From: Escherichia phage 132
Length of the DNA stretch: 64,000 bases
Sequence record: MZ417521
Reading direction: 5' to 3' (one strand)
The translations under genes were made by a program, and so were the position numbers. Positions 31,632 through 42,664 of this stretch are shown here, piece after piece (positions within the stretch are counted from its first letter, which is position 1; each line of letters starts with the position of its first letter). Under the pieces are notes generated by a model. It was not told where the DNA came from. It did not search any database and saw only the letters and a program-made list of their open reading frames with translations.

Positions 31632-31825
31632 ACTAATTCCTTTAATCCGTAGATAGGAGATAATTCATCACCCATACGAAGGTCTTCATTTCCATCTACC
31701 CAGGAAACAATATAAGCCTCTTTTATTTGAATACCACTCCATTTAAATGGAGGTAGAACCTTAGAAATTAATCCAGGTATACCAACTCCCTTTAATTCAA
31801 CAGTTTGACCTAAAAAGAATTTCAT
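31628..31825 (-). CDS. Hypothetical protein
   Basis: 65-aa ORF, overlapping start/stop. Confidence 0.55.
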   Translation of the reverse strand: MKFFLGQTVELKGVGIPGLISKVLPPFKWSGIQIKEAYIVSWVDGNEDLRMGDELSPIYGLKELV

Positions 31826-32112
31826 TAAAACCTCATCTGAAAACCGTGCGATTTAACATTACCGCCATTAATATCAGAACTATTAATTTCACGTGCAATT
31901 GAGGGATCAATGTCAATTTCGCGATTGAGTTTAGTGATAGCTAAAGTATCGCGCCCATTTACAGTACGGAACTCTAAAGGGCAGACTACATTAACGTAGT
32001 TTTTAATCGATTCACTGGTAGGTTGCAAATGTGCAGGAAGGTCTTTAGGCGCCTTTGAGAAAACTACTTCGCAGAAGTTTTTACGGGTATCAAAATAAGT
32101 AGTCATAAACAT
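31825..32112 (-). CDS. Hypothetical protein
   Basis: 95-aa ORF. Confidence 0.55.
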   Translation of the reverse strand: MFMTTYFDTRKNFCEVVFSKAPKDLPAHLQPTSESIKNYVNVVCPLEFRTVNGRDTLAITKLNREIDIDPSIAREINSSDINGGNVKSHGFQMRF

Positions 32113-32127
32113 AACATTTCCTCAGTA

Positions 32128-32143
32128 AGGGGCCAAAGCCCCT
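32128..32143 (-). terminator. AGGGGC-CAAA-GCCCCU hairpin
   Basis: 6-bp GC stem between two minus-strand ORFs. Confidence 0.4.
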
Positions 32144-32151
32144 CATTTATT

Positions 32152-32529
32152 TTAAATATCAAATTCGTTAAGAACTACATCAAAGATTGCTTCAAGATGC
32201 TCAGGTTTAGCTCTGTTACTCAGAATATGACGAATCCAAGTTTTAACCAAAAGCTTGCGATTAACGCCATTCCAGCAAGGATGAGTCCCTAAATCGCGTT
32301 CACGGAAATCATCATCCAGAGCGATTTTAAAGTTGGAACCTTCCATCGTGATTGAAACCGTGATACCGTTTTCAAATCGCATATAAACGTAATTAGGAGT
32401 CATATACTGCTCAATTTCGCATACTGATCCATTTTGATGTTTCCAAAGGCAAATAGTATCAATAGAACCTGCAATACCATTAGAAACATATTTACGTTCA
32501 AAGTTGATGTAGTTCATTTTATTCTCCAA
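32152..32529 (-). CDS. Hypothetical protein
   Basis: 125-aa ORF. Confidence 0.6.
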   Translation of the reverse strand: MENKMNYINFERKYVSNGIAGSIDTICLWKHQNGSVCEIEQYMTPNYVYMRFENGITVSITMEGSNFKIALDDDFRERDLGTHPCWNGVNRKLLVKTWIRHILSNRAKPEHLEAIFDVVLNEFDI

Positions 32530-32584
32530 GATGTTTAATTGCGGTACAGGTATATAATATCATATCCTGTACCAAAGTAAACAA

Positions 32585-32917
32585 TTATTTTACTACTTTC
32601 CAATGCTGCATGTCAAGTTTACCAACTTTTTTCATCTTCTCAATTAAGCGTTCGGCACGTTGGCGAGCTGTAACATAATACCATTCACCTAATTCATTTT
32701 GTTCAATTTTTCCAACGATTACTGTATTCAATTCATAAATCCAACCAGTAAAGAAATTATGAACTTGAATTGTAAAGGTGAAATCTGTTCCCATACCTTC
32801 TGTTGTTTCTACTTCAATAATATCACCTTCAACTGCCATTAAGAACCACATAGTTTCATCATATTTACCATTGAAGCATTTAGTTTTAACTGCAGCGTTC
32901 AGATTAATCGTTTTCAT
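32585..32917 (-). CDS. Hypothetical protein
   Basis: 110-aa ORF. Confidence 0.6.
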   Translation of the reverse strand: MKTINLNAAVKTKCFNGKYDETMWFLMAVEGDIIEVETTEGMGTDFTFTIQVHNFFTGWIYELNTVIVGKIEQNELGEWYYVTARQRAERLIEKMKKVGKLDMQHWKVVK

Positions 32918-33003
32918 TTTATTCTCCTTTGTTTGTGTAAGATAATACTATCACAAAGGAACCATACTGTAAACAACTTTATGCAATCTTTGGAAAATAA
33001 AAA

Positions 33004-33023
33004 AGGACTCCCGAAGGAGTCCT
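33004..33023 (-). terminator. AGGACUC-N6-GAGUCCU hairpin downstream of the 30.9-like ORF
   Basis: 7-bp inverted repeat flanked by A-run. Confidence 0.45.
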
Positions 33024-33027
33024 CAAC

Positions 33028-33246
33028 TTATGCTTTCTGCTTACCAAAACGAGAAGCATCATCTCGAAGAACCGCACGTGCTCGGCGCATGATCTTCTCA
33101 ACAGTTTGATTGATACGAGAGTTCGACCCACGCTTGTAGCCAGCGCGTTTAGAATCACCAACTTTCTTTTCAACTGCTTTCTTTGCTTTAGCTTGTTTTG
33201 CCATTATAAATTCTCTTTTAAATGAAAATGCAGGACTTATTGGCAT
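33028..33246 (-). CDS. Small basic protein (30.9-like position); true start may be the internal Met giving MAKQAKAKKA...
   Basis: 72-aa ORF, Lys/Arg-rich; internal ATG preceded by AAAAGAGAA. Confidence 0.55.
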   Translation of the reverse strand: MPISPAFSFKREFIMAKQAKAKKAVEKKVGDSKRAGYKRGSNSRINQTVEKIMRRARAVLRDDASRFGKQKA

Positions 33247-33448
33247 TGCCTGCGCAAGCCCTCAAGGGGAACATAGGTTTTTGGATATTTAACGACCAGG
33301 ATAACCATAAACCCGTCATCATTCACATTCAAGAGGTACACCGTAAAACTGCCGGGGTCTTAAAACTATAATGATTCGCAAATCATTAATCAGACAGTTC
33401 GACGGCTCCTCGATTTAGCTCACACTAAGGCAGTGAATCTCCAATAAA

Positions 33449-33697
33449 TTACTTCAATGTTACCACAAAGTGACGAACTGCTTTTCGCGCAGCAGAAGCC
33501 AAAGGCTTAGCATATTTAAGTTCATCTTTTTCCTGAAGCTCAGCAGCTAATGCAGTTTGAGCAGGATTCAGATGTTTGAAATAACGCAGGATTTCAAGAG
33601 CTTCGGCTTCAACATCAATAGATGCGCCATAGTTTTCGTGACCATTATTCCATGCGTTTCGTTGCAGTTCAAGAGCGTGTTGTAATTGTTTAATCAT
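33449..33697 (-). CDS. rIII: rIII lysis-inhibition accessory protein
   Basis: 82 aa; matches T4 RIII by recall. Confidence 0.9.
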   Translation of the reverse strand: MIKQLQHALELQRNAWNNGHENYGASIDVEAEALEILRYFKHLNPAQTALAAELQEKDELKYAKPLASAARKAVRHFVVTLK

Positions 33698-33836
33698 TTA
33701 AAAATTCTCGTTAGAGATTAAAACTCGGTAGTCACGTTCTTCTGAATTTCATCTTCTTTCGACAGATCTCTCAGTTGTAGACTACCACATAGAATTGTTC
33801 GGTTAACTTATTATTCCGACACCCAATTCATATTAT

Positions 33837-33844
33837 TATTTATA
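33837..33844 (-). promoter_or_regulatory. TATAAATA late-promoter-like element on minus strand, ~140 nt upstream of rIII
   Basis: Plus-strand TATTTATA; unusually distant from the next ATG. Confidence 0.3.
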
Positions 33845-34180
33845 TCACTTATAAAGACACGGAATAGCTTTATAGTGACAAGTAACGAATTTTTGTTTAA
33901 TTTCTTTTGGCTGCTTAAGACCCAGAGCTACAAAAGGATGCGGAACATTTCGAATTTGACCAACTGGAAGAGAAGTCAAATCACCAACTTCGCAGAAACC
34001 TTCAGGAACATCAGGACCGACAGAGTGAACTACACACAGTTCAGGAACTTCACCTTGAACACGTTTACCGATAATAAGTCCTGATTCTGTAACTTCTTCA
34101 TCACCGGCTTGTGCAGGTTCAGAAACTAAAATAACATATTCACCGACAGCACGAATTGGTAGCTGTTGTACTTCAGACAT
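33845..34180 (-). CDS. 31: Co-chaperonin gp31 (GroES functional analog)
   Basis: 111 aa; matches T4 gp31 by recall. Confidence 0.93.
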
Positions 34181-34236
34181 CGTTTTTCCTTTTTGTTAAC
34201 AGATGAATTAATAATAACAAATAATTCTTAAAGCAT

Positions 34237-34434
34237 TTATTTACCAATAAATTGGAGCAAATGCTCAACTTTCATACCATTAACGGAAATCAATTTGTCA
34301 ATAGAAAAACCTCGCCATGCACCAAGTTCAACATCAAATACTGGAATCATATCAGTAGATTCTTTCCGAGTAGATTCAGTCAATTTACCAGTTTGCATGG
34401 TTGGCATAAAGTCAGCATCGCGAGTACCTTTCAT
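34237..34434 (-). CDS. Hypothetical protein, C-terminal part of a possibly split 31.1-like gene
   Basis: 65-aa ORF whose frame is open for 17 more codons upstream with no ATG. Confidence 0.5.
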   Translation of the reverse strand: MKGTRDADFMPTMQTGKLTESTRKESTDMIPVFDVELGAWRGFSIDKLISVNGMKVEHLLQFIGK

Positions 34435-34466
34435 AACACGAATAGTACCATCAGACTTTTCAAAAA

Positions 34467-34544
34467 CTACGTTTGAAACACCATGGACAATTTAGTTTTC
34501 AAAATTTCACGAATTGCTACTTTTTGTTCAGTCGTCAGTTTCAT
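34467..34544 (-). CDS. 25-codon ORF (MKLTTEQKVAIREILKTKLSMVFQT), possible N-terminal fragment of the same 31.1-like gene
   Basis: Hand-translated; starts directly after upstream ORF stop; differs from downstream ORF frame by one nucleotide near a GG run. Confidence 0.35.
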   Translation of the reverse strand: MKLTTEQKVAIREILKTKLSMVFQT

Positions 34545-34781
34545 TTATTTACCTATTACAGTTTTAATATGAGTTGTTCCACGTTCTTTAAGAGTGGAAA
34601 GTAATTTTTGGCATTTTTCTAAATCAGATTTCCAACTATGTGGTCTATCAATACAAACCCAGTTTGACTTATAATACTGCTTCCATTTAGAGAAAAAATA
34701 CTTCTTATACTCTACAGCAAATGAAATGTTCTCGTTGGAATAAGAACTAATTGCTGTGAGCTGTACCAAACGAAATTTCAT
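34545..34781 (-). CDS. Hypothetical protein
   Basis: 78-aa ORF downstream of cd. Confidence 0.55.
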   Translation of the reverse strand: MKFRLVQLTAISSYSNENISFAVEYKKYFFSKWKQYYKSNWVCIDRPHSWKSDLEKCQKLLSTLKERGTTHIKTVIGK

Positions 34782-35362
34782 TATTCACCACAGAATTCGT
34801 TGATATTTTCCCAGTTTAACTTATTTAAGTTTTTCTTAGGAACATTAAACACTTCAATACCTGCATTTCGCAGAATATCATCCCAGCCAGGTTTATTTTT
34901 ATCGTATGTTTCACAATAAACCAGCTTTTTAATTCCAGATTGAGCTATTGCTTTTGCACAATCTGGGCAAGGAGAAAGTGTTACATACATAGTAGCACCT
35001 TCAATTGAAGAACCGTTTCGTGCAGCAAACAAAATCGCATTTAGTTCAGCATGAATTTCATTTTTAGACGACCATTCAGAGTGCGCGCTACGATGTTCTT
35101 TCGCCAATACAAAACGATCAGTTGAACCAAACGATACACATTCAGGCTTATGACCTTGAATGATAGTATGTTTAGGCTTATTCAGCAACCAACCTTGCTC
35201 AGCAGCATAATCACAGCAATTCACACCACCTGCAGGCGAACCATTATATCCAGTAGAAATAATACGTCCATTCTTTTCAATTACTGCTCCTACCTTCCAG
35301 GAGCAACATTTTGATTCTTGTGATACTAAATATGCAATTTGAAGTACTGTACTCGCTTTCAT
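34781..35362 (-). CDS. cd: dCMP deaminase
   Basis: 193 aa; zinc-binding HAE and PCxxC motifs (HAELNAI...SPCPDCAKAI). Confidence 0.93.
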   Translation of the reverse strand: MKASTVLQIAYLVSQESKCCSWKVGAVIEKNGRIISTGYNGSPAGGVNCCDYAAEQGWLLNKPKHTIIQGHKPECVSFGSTDRFVLAKEHRSAHSEWSSKNEIHAELNAILFAARNGSSIEGATMYVTLSPCPDCAKAIAQSGIKKLVYCETYDKNKPGWDDILRNAGIEVFNVPKKNLNKLNWENINEFCGE

Positions 35363-35697
35363 TTCATAATCACCAGATAAGCAGATTTAGCAGTTTCAAC
35401 ACGATAAATTTCGTGACGAAGTTTAGTTATACTTTTAATAACAGAACTAATTATATTCTGCCCATCTTTAAAGCGGTTTTTCTTATCAATAAAAATTGCG
35501 CCAACCATCTTTTTGTGAAGCTCAACCGGATACTTCGTCACAATAATAGCATCATACACAGAAGGATGAATACTATTCACCAGAGTATCATTCATTAAAG
35601 TTATTCTAATGAACTTTGCTGTTTCAGAGTCAAGCGCTCTATGATCGCCAGTATCATTTTCAAGACAATTATCAATTATATCAGTTAAATTCATCAT
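35359..35697 (-). CDS. Hypothetical protein (cd.1-like position)
   Basis: 112-aa ORF. Confidence 0.6.
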   Translation of the reverse strand: MMNLTDIIDNCLENDTGDHRALDSETAKFIRITLMNDTLVNSIHPSVYDAIIVTKYPVELHKKMVGAIFIDKKNRFKDGQNIISSVIKSITKLRHEIYRVETAKSAYLVIMK

Positions 35698-35930
35698 AGT
35701 ACGCCATACACCCTTTGTGCTTCAACTAATCCATCAAAATCCAATTTGAGATGTGTTATTTGGTCACCATCACCTGGATTCACAATTACTAATACCGAAC
35801 GAGGAGTTTCGGTAATAACACGAACCGACGTTTCAGGAAATCGTTCAGAAACCTTATTTACCAATTCTTGAGCAAATAGTTTAACTTTTTCTTGGAATTC
35901 TTTAACAGTAATTGGTTTTTCGCTTAGCAT
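35694..35930 (-). CDS. Hypothetical protein
   Basis: 78-aa ORF. Confidence 0.55.
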   Translation of the reverse strand: MLSEKPITVKEFQEKVKLFAQELVNKVSERFPETSVRVITETPRSVLVIVNPGDGDQITHLKLDFDGLVEAQRVYGVL

Positions 35931-36451
35931 GTTGATCCTAGCTCCTTACTTTCAACATTTTTAACTAATTTGACAGAAACTAATTCAGCATCTTGGGTAA
36001 TCATTACCGGACCTTCTTCATGCTCTTCAAGATATTCTAGAGCTTTCTTTTTAGCTTCTTCCTTCGTATCAGTTTGAGCATAGATATAGAACATACAACC
36101 AGTAATACCTACTACTTTCCACTTAATTTCTTTATCAGTTTTAATTTCAAATTTACTTACAGAATCATCTTTTTGAACTTCTTCGAAAAAAGAATATTCT
36201 AACATATAAGCAATTGAAAATAACGGGCTAACTTTATAGGATTCACCCATTACATCAACAGCTTTATACCAACAATCATCAATTTCACGTTTAATGCTAA
36301 TAACATTTTTCGCAGGATCTATTTTTACTTTAAATGAATTTTCCCCAATAAACTGGGCAATTCGTTTATTAGCCCCGCAAGTTTCATTAAAAATATCTTT
36401 ATACCCAGTTTTAAAGCGATAAACCTTATCTTCTTCAAACCATTCGCTCAT
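35924..36451 (-). CDS. Hypothetical protein
   Basis: 175-aa ORF. Confidence 0.6.
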   Translation of the reverse strand: MSEWFEEDKVYRFKTGYKDIFNETCGANKRIAQFIGENSFKVKIDPAKNVISIKREIDDCWYKAVDVMGESYKVSPLFSIAYMLEYSFFEEVQKDDSVSKFEIKTDKEIKWKVVGITGCMFYIYAQTDTKEEAKKKALEYLEEHEEGPVMITQDAELVSVKLVKNVESKELGSTC

Positions 36452-36512
36452 TTCAATTTCCTCGTTTGTTTTGGTAGAGCTATAATATCACAACTCTACC
36501 GTAAAGTAAACT

Positions 36513-36788
36513 TTAAATTGCTTTGAATTCTGATGTCTGTGATTCAAAGCGAATATCGCCTTTGATGACTAGCTCAGCATCAAGACCGAATACGACAATG
36601 ATATGCGCGGAACCTGGATACAACGTGATGGCAACAGAATCCACCTGGTCTGGAAGCAAAGTGTTCAATACATGAGTCACTTGAGCATGGATTCGAAGCT
36701 CAGCTGCGTTATCAAGTTTTTCAAACATATTATTAGCGATAATTTGGCTAAACACTACTTCTACGATTTTAGAGTAAGTCGGAAACAT
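36513..36788 (-). CDS. Hypothetical protein
   Basis: 91-aa ORF. Confidence 0.55.
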   Translation of the reverse strand: MFPTYSKIVEVVFSQIIANNMFEKLDNAAELRIHAQVTHVLNTLLPDQVDSVAITLYPGSAHIIVVFGLDAELVIKGDIRFESQTSEFKAI

Positions 36789-36790
36789 AT

Positions 36791-36991
36791 TTACCTCACA
36801 TAATTTTCTTCAAGCCAATCAATAACATCCAAAGCGTTATCAAAAGTTGCGCCATCTACTTTGTCTTCTGTTTCATAATCAAGAACATCTAAGCCTACTC
36901 TTCCGTCAACAATAGGCCATAGACAAAATAGATATTTCTTTTCTTTTTCAATTTTATCACAAAGACGATAAATCTTTTCTAGATTATTCAT
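36791..36991 (-). CDS. Hypothetical protein
   Basis: 66-aa ORF. Confidence 0.5.
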   Translation of the reverse strand: MNNLEKIYRLCDKIEKEKKYLFCLWPIVDGRVGLDVLDYETEDKVDGATFDNALDVIDWLEENYVR

Positions 36992-37180
36992 AAGTTTTCC
37001 ACGGTAAAGGCAGTTTAGTTTTCTTTACTGTTAGTTCAACATCAGGATTCTTTTCTCTTAATTTAAGACATTCCTCCCAAGCCCTAATTTCACTAGCGAA
37101 TATGCAAAATTGCCCATTACTAGTACCAACTAAACCGCTATTTACAATAACAATAGCCCAAGTTTCATGATGCCAAGCCA

Positions 37181-37181
<1 letters not shown>
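36984..37181 (-). CDS. Hypothetical protein
   Basis: 65-aa ORF immediately upstream of pseT. Confidence 0.5.
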
Positions 37182-38384
<1,203 letters not shown>

Positions 38385-38388
<4 letters not shown>

Positions 38389-38615
38389 TTATTTTTCTCA
38401 ACCAATGATTGAATATAATCATGCAGGTCTTTAGATGCTTTACCCCACTTATTTTGGTATTCATTTTTGAGATTAGCACGTGATTGAGCTAATAAAACAT
38501 CATTAGTTGGAGGTAAAGATTCTAATCGTTGAATCTGGCGTCCATAAATCATTGCAGCCATCTCAGATTCATAAATCAATCCTTTGAGATGTTCAAATTG
38601 ATGCCATGAAATCAT
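38385..38615 (-). CDS. Hypothetical protein
   Basis: 76-aa ORF. Confidence 0.55.
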
Positions 38616-38911
38616 TTACATTTATCCTCTTTTAGCTCTTGACGATAATAACATATCATAGTTTTTTGATCATGTACATATCGTTTTACATCATTAAGCC
38701 AAATGCGAAATTCCTGGGAATCTTCAAATGGCATACCGACCCAAGCTTTGCCATCAATAACTTTAACTTGCCAAGATAGTTTAGCTTCATCATATGACTT
38801 TATCTGCAAAGGCCAATTAGGATGAACTGTTTCTTTCTTTACTTCTAGAGGCTTTGTCGAACAACCAACTAGAAGACCAATAGATAATATTACTGCCGAT
38901 AGTTTAATCAT
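38612..38911 (-). CDS. Outer-membrane spanin (o-spanin) lipoprotein
   Basis: 99 aa; signal peptide with lipobox LVGC (MIKLSAVILSIGLLVGCSTKP); adjacent to i-spanin candidate. Confidence 0.7.
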   Translation of the reverse strand: MIKLSAVILSIGLLVGCSTKPLEVKKETVHPNWPLQIKSYDEAKLSWQVKVIDGKAWVGMPFEDSQEFRIWLNDVKRYVHDQKTMICYYRQELKEDKCK

Positions 38912-39261
38912 TTAGAAAGGTCCTGGATGTCTTCTGCGAACTTGTTGAAGGAGTTGTTGATTTGTTTTTCAACCAATCCTGGCTTATGAGCCACCACATC
39001 CGCCTTCTTTGCGTCTTTGCGCAGTTTTTCATTTTCACGCTCAATAGCAGCAATTGCCTCACGATTTTTATTATTCATCGCATCAATATAATTATACTGA
39101 ATTCGCAAATTATCTAATGCTAAAGCGTTTTCATTGGCCGTTTTTGTAATTTCAGTAATCGATGTTTCTAATCTTTCTACCTTATTTTTTAAAATAATAG
39201 ATGTTCCGCCAAATGCTATTACAAGTAATAGCAATCCAGCTGTAAAATTACTTACATGCAT
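38908..39261 (-). CDS. Inner-membrane spanin (i-spanin)
   Basis: 117 aa; N-terminal transmembrane helix (FTAGLLLLVIAFGGTSIIL) then charged coiled-coil region. Confidence 0.7.
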   Translation of the reverse strand: MHVSNFTAGLLLLVIAFGGTSIILKNKVERLETSITEITKTANENALALDNLRIQYNYIDAMNNKNREAIAAIERENEKLRKDAKKADVVAHKPGLVEKQINNSFNKFAEDIQDLSK

Positions 39262-39758
39262 AAAGTTTTAATAACCTCTACAATATCGTCTTGAGAAAGA
39301 CCGTTAATTAAAATATGATGTTCAGCTGGAGATTTAGAAATTTTAAAGCATGCCTCAACATCTTCTGCCATATCTGATGCACTACGATTTGGATTACTAA
39401 TTCCAAGACGATGTTTTCCCGTCAAAGGATTAACGATGATGTAGCATTTACAGCTATTAATGTGAACATTAGGTTGAGTCTGATTAATGAATACTTCGCA
39501 GTCGTATTTCGCAAGCTGATTTTCTAAAAAGACTTTCATCTCCTCAACCGCATCAGGAAGCATATCACGGGCTTGCTCAAGACGACGATTTCGATATTCT
39601 TTAATGGTCGTTTTCCGCTTTGCTTGCTTAGCTAAATCTTTCTTAAGATCGGTGATATATCCAACTCGACGATTTCCTTTAAATACAGAAATCCCATCCG
39701 TGGTATCACCGTATGCTTCAACGACCATTTCAGTAGTAATAAGCTGTAAATCCATCAT
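39252..39758 (-). CDS. alc: Alc, inhibitor of host transcription
   Basis: 168 aa; T4 Alc length; position between spanins and rnlA. Confidence 0.8.
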   Translation of the reverse strand: MMDLQLITTEMVVEAYGDTTDGISVFKGNRRVGYITDLKKDLAKQAKRKTTIKEYRNRRLEQARDMLPDAVEEMKVFLENQLAKYDCEVFINQTQPNVHINSCKCYIIVNPLTGKHRLGISNPNRSASDMAEDVEACFKISKSPAEHHILINGLSQDDIVEVIKTLCM

Positions 39759-39819
39759 AAAGTCCTCATGTTATGTCAGTAAGTCTACTATAACACAACA
39801 TGAGGAACTTGTAAACAGC

Positions 39820-41407
<1,588 letters not shown>

Positions 41408-41414
41408 AATAAAA

Positions 41415-41430
41415 TGGGCCTTGCGGCCCA
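41415..41430 (-). terminator. UGGGCC-UUGC-GGCCCA hairpin between nrdB and denA
   Basis: 6-bp GC stem directly after nrdB stop. Confidence 0.45.
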
Positions 41431-41434
41431 CTCC

Positions 41435-42613
41435 TTAAAAATATTTTTTAAAACTCATCATAACTTTATCATCAACATCATTATCAATCTGTGCTACAAG
41501 GTAAGATGACAGTTCTACTTCTTGTGGCGCGGATTGAACATTATCAGAATTAAGGTATTCACGAATCCAAGGATATGGATGTTTAACCGGAGCATCGATA
41601 ATTGGGCATGGAAGACCACACTGTTTCATACGAGATACAGTTAAGTAATCAATAAAGCTCCACATGCTATTTGTATTTAATCCAGGAACATCACCATCTT
41701 TAAATAAATGAACTGCCCAGTCTTTTTCTTGGCGGTTAACTTCCATGAAAATATCAACTGCTTCTTGTTCACACTCTTGAGCAATTTTAACCCATTCATC
41801 ACCGTCAGTGCCAAGTTGAAGTTGACGAATAATATATTGAGTGCCTTTAAGATGAAGTTGTTCATCACGCGCAATGAACTTCATAATCTTGGCATTACCT
41901 TCCATGATTTCCATGTTCTTATGGAAGTTAAAGGTACATGCGAAAGATACATAAAAACGAATAGCTTCCAATGCATTGATTACATGGAGGCAAAGATAAA
42001 GAGATTTCATTAGTGCTCGTTTAGCTTCGGCTTCTTGTTTAATAGCTCGATTTAAACGAAAATCAGCATCAGGAGATTCTTTAGCTAGTTCTACAAATTC
42101 TTTAGCATTTTCCCATTCACGGGTCTTCTTAAGAACATCATCGTAATAGCGGCCAATGGACTCAGCGCGTTTCATAATATCTTCATCTAATACAATCTCA
42201 TCAAATACCTTTGATGGGTCAGTATAAAGATTTCGCATGATATGAGTATATGAACGGCTGTGAATAGTTTCACTAAAAGTCCATGTAGCAACCCATGTAT
42301 CAAGGCTTGGGTCTGAAATTAACGACATAAGTACAGCAGACGGTGCACGACCCTGAATGCTATCCAAAAGTGATTGATACTTCAGGTTATTAGTAAAAAT
42401 ATCTTGCTGATACTGAGGAAGCTTGTTAAATTGTGCAGCATCCATCATTAAGTTTACTTCTTCAGGACGCCAGAAAAATGACAACTGCTTTTCGGTTAAA
42501 TCTTCAAAAACTTTATGACGTTGAATATCATAACGCGCAATACCAAGACCTGATCCGAAGAACATAGGTTCTTTTAAAACATCAACTGGATTTGTATTAA
42601 AAACTGTGCTCAT
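41435..42613 (-). CDS. nrdB: Ribonucleotide reductase small subunit, uninterrupted (no intron)
   Basis: 392-aa continuous ORF with R2-type sequence. Confidence 0.93.
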   Translation of the reverse strand: MSTVFNTNPVDVLKEPMFFGSGLGIARYDIQRHKVFEDLTEKQLSFFWRPEEVNLMMDAAQFNKLPQYQQDIFTNNLKYQSLLDSIQGRAPSAVLMSLISDPSLDTWVATWTFSETIHSRSYTHIMRNLYTDPSKVFDEIVLDEDIMKRAESIGRYYDDVLKKTREWENAKEFVELAKESPDADFRLNRAIKQEAEAKRALMKSLYLCLHVINALEAIRFYVSFACTFNFHKNMEIMEGNAKIMKFIARDEQLHLKGTQYIIRQLQLGTDGDEWVKIAQECEQEAVDIFMEVNRQEKDWAVHLFKDGDVPGLNTNSMWSFIDYLTVSRMKQCGLPCPIIDAPVKHPYPWIREYLNSDNVQSAPQEVELSSYLVAQIDNDVDDKVMMSFKKYF

Positions 42614-42664
42614 AAATTTTCCGCTTAGTTAGTAGATAGTGACTCGTCCGTGAGTCAAATTATA

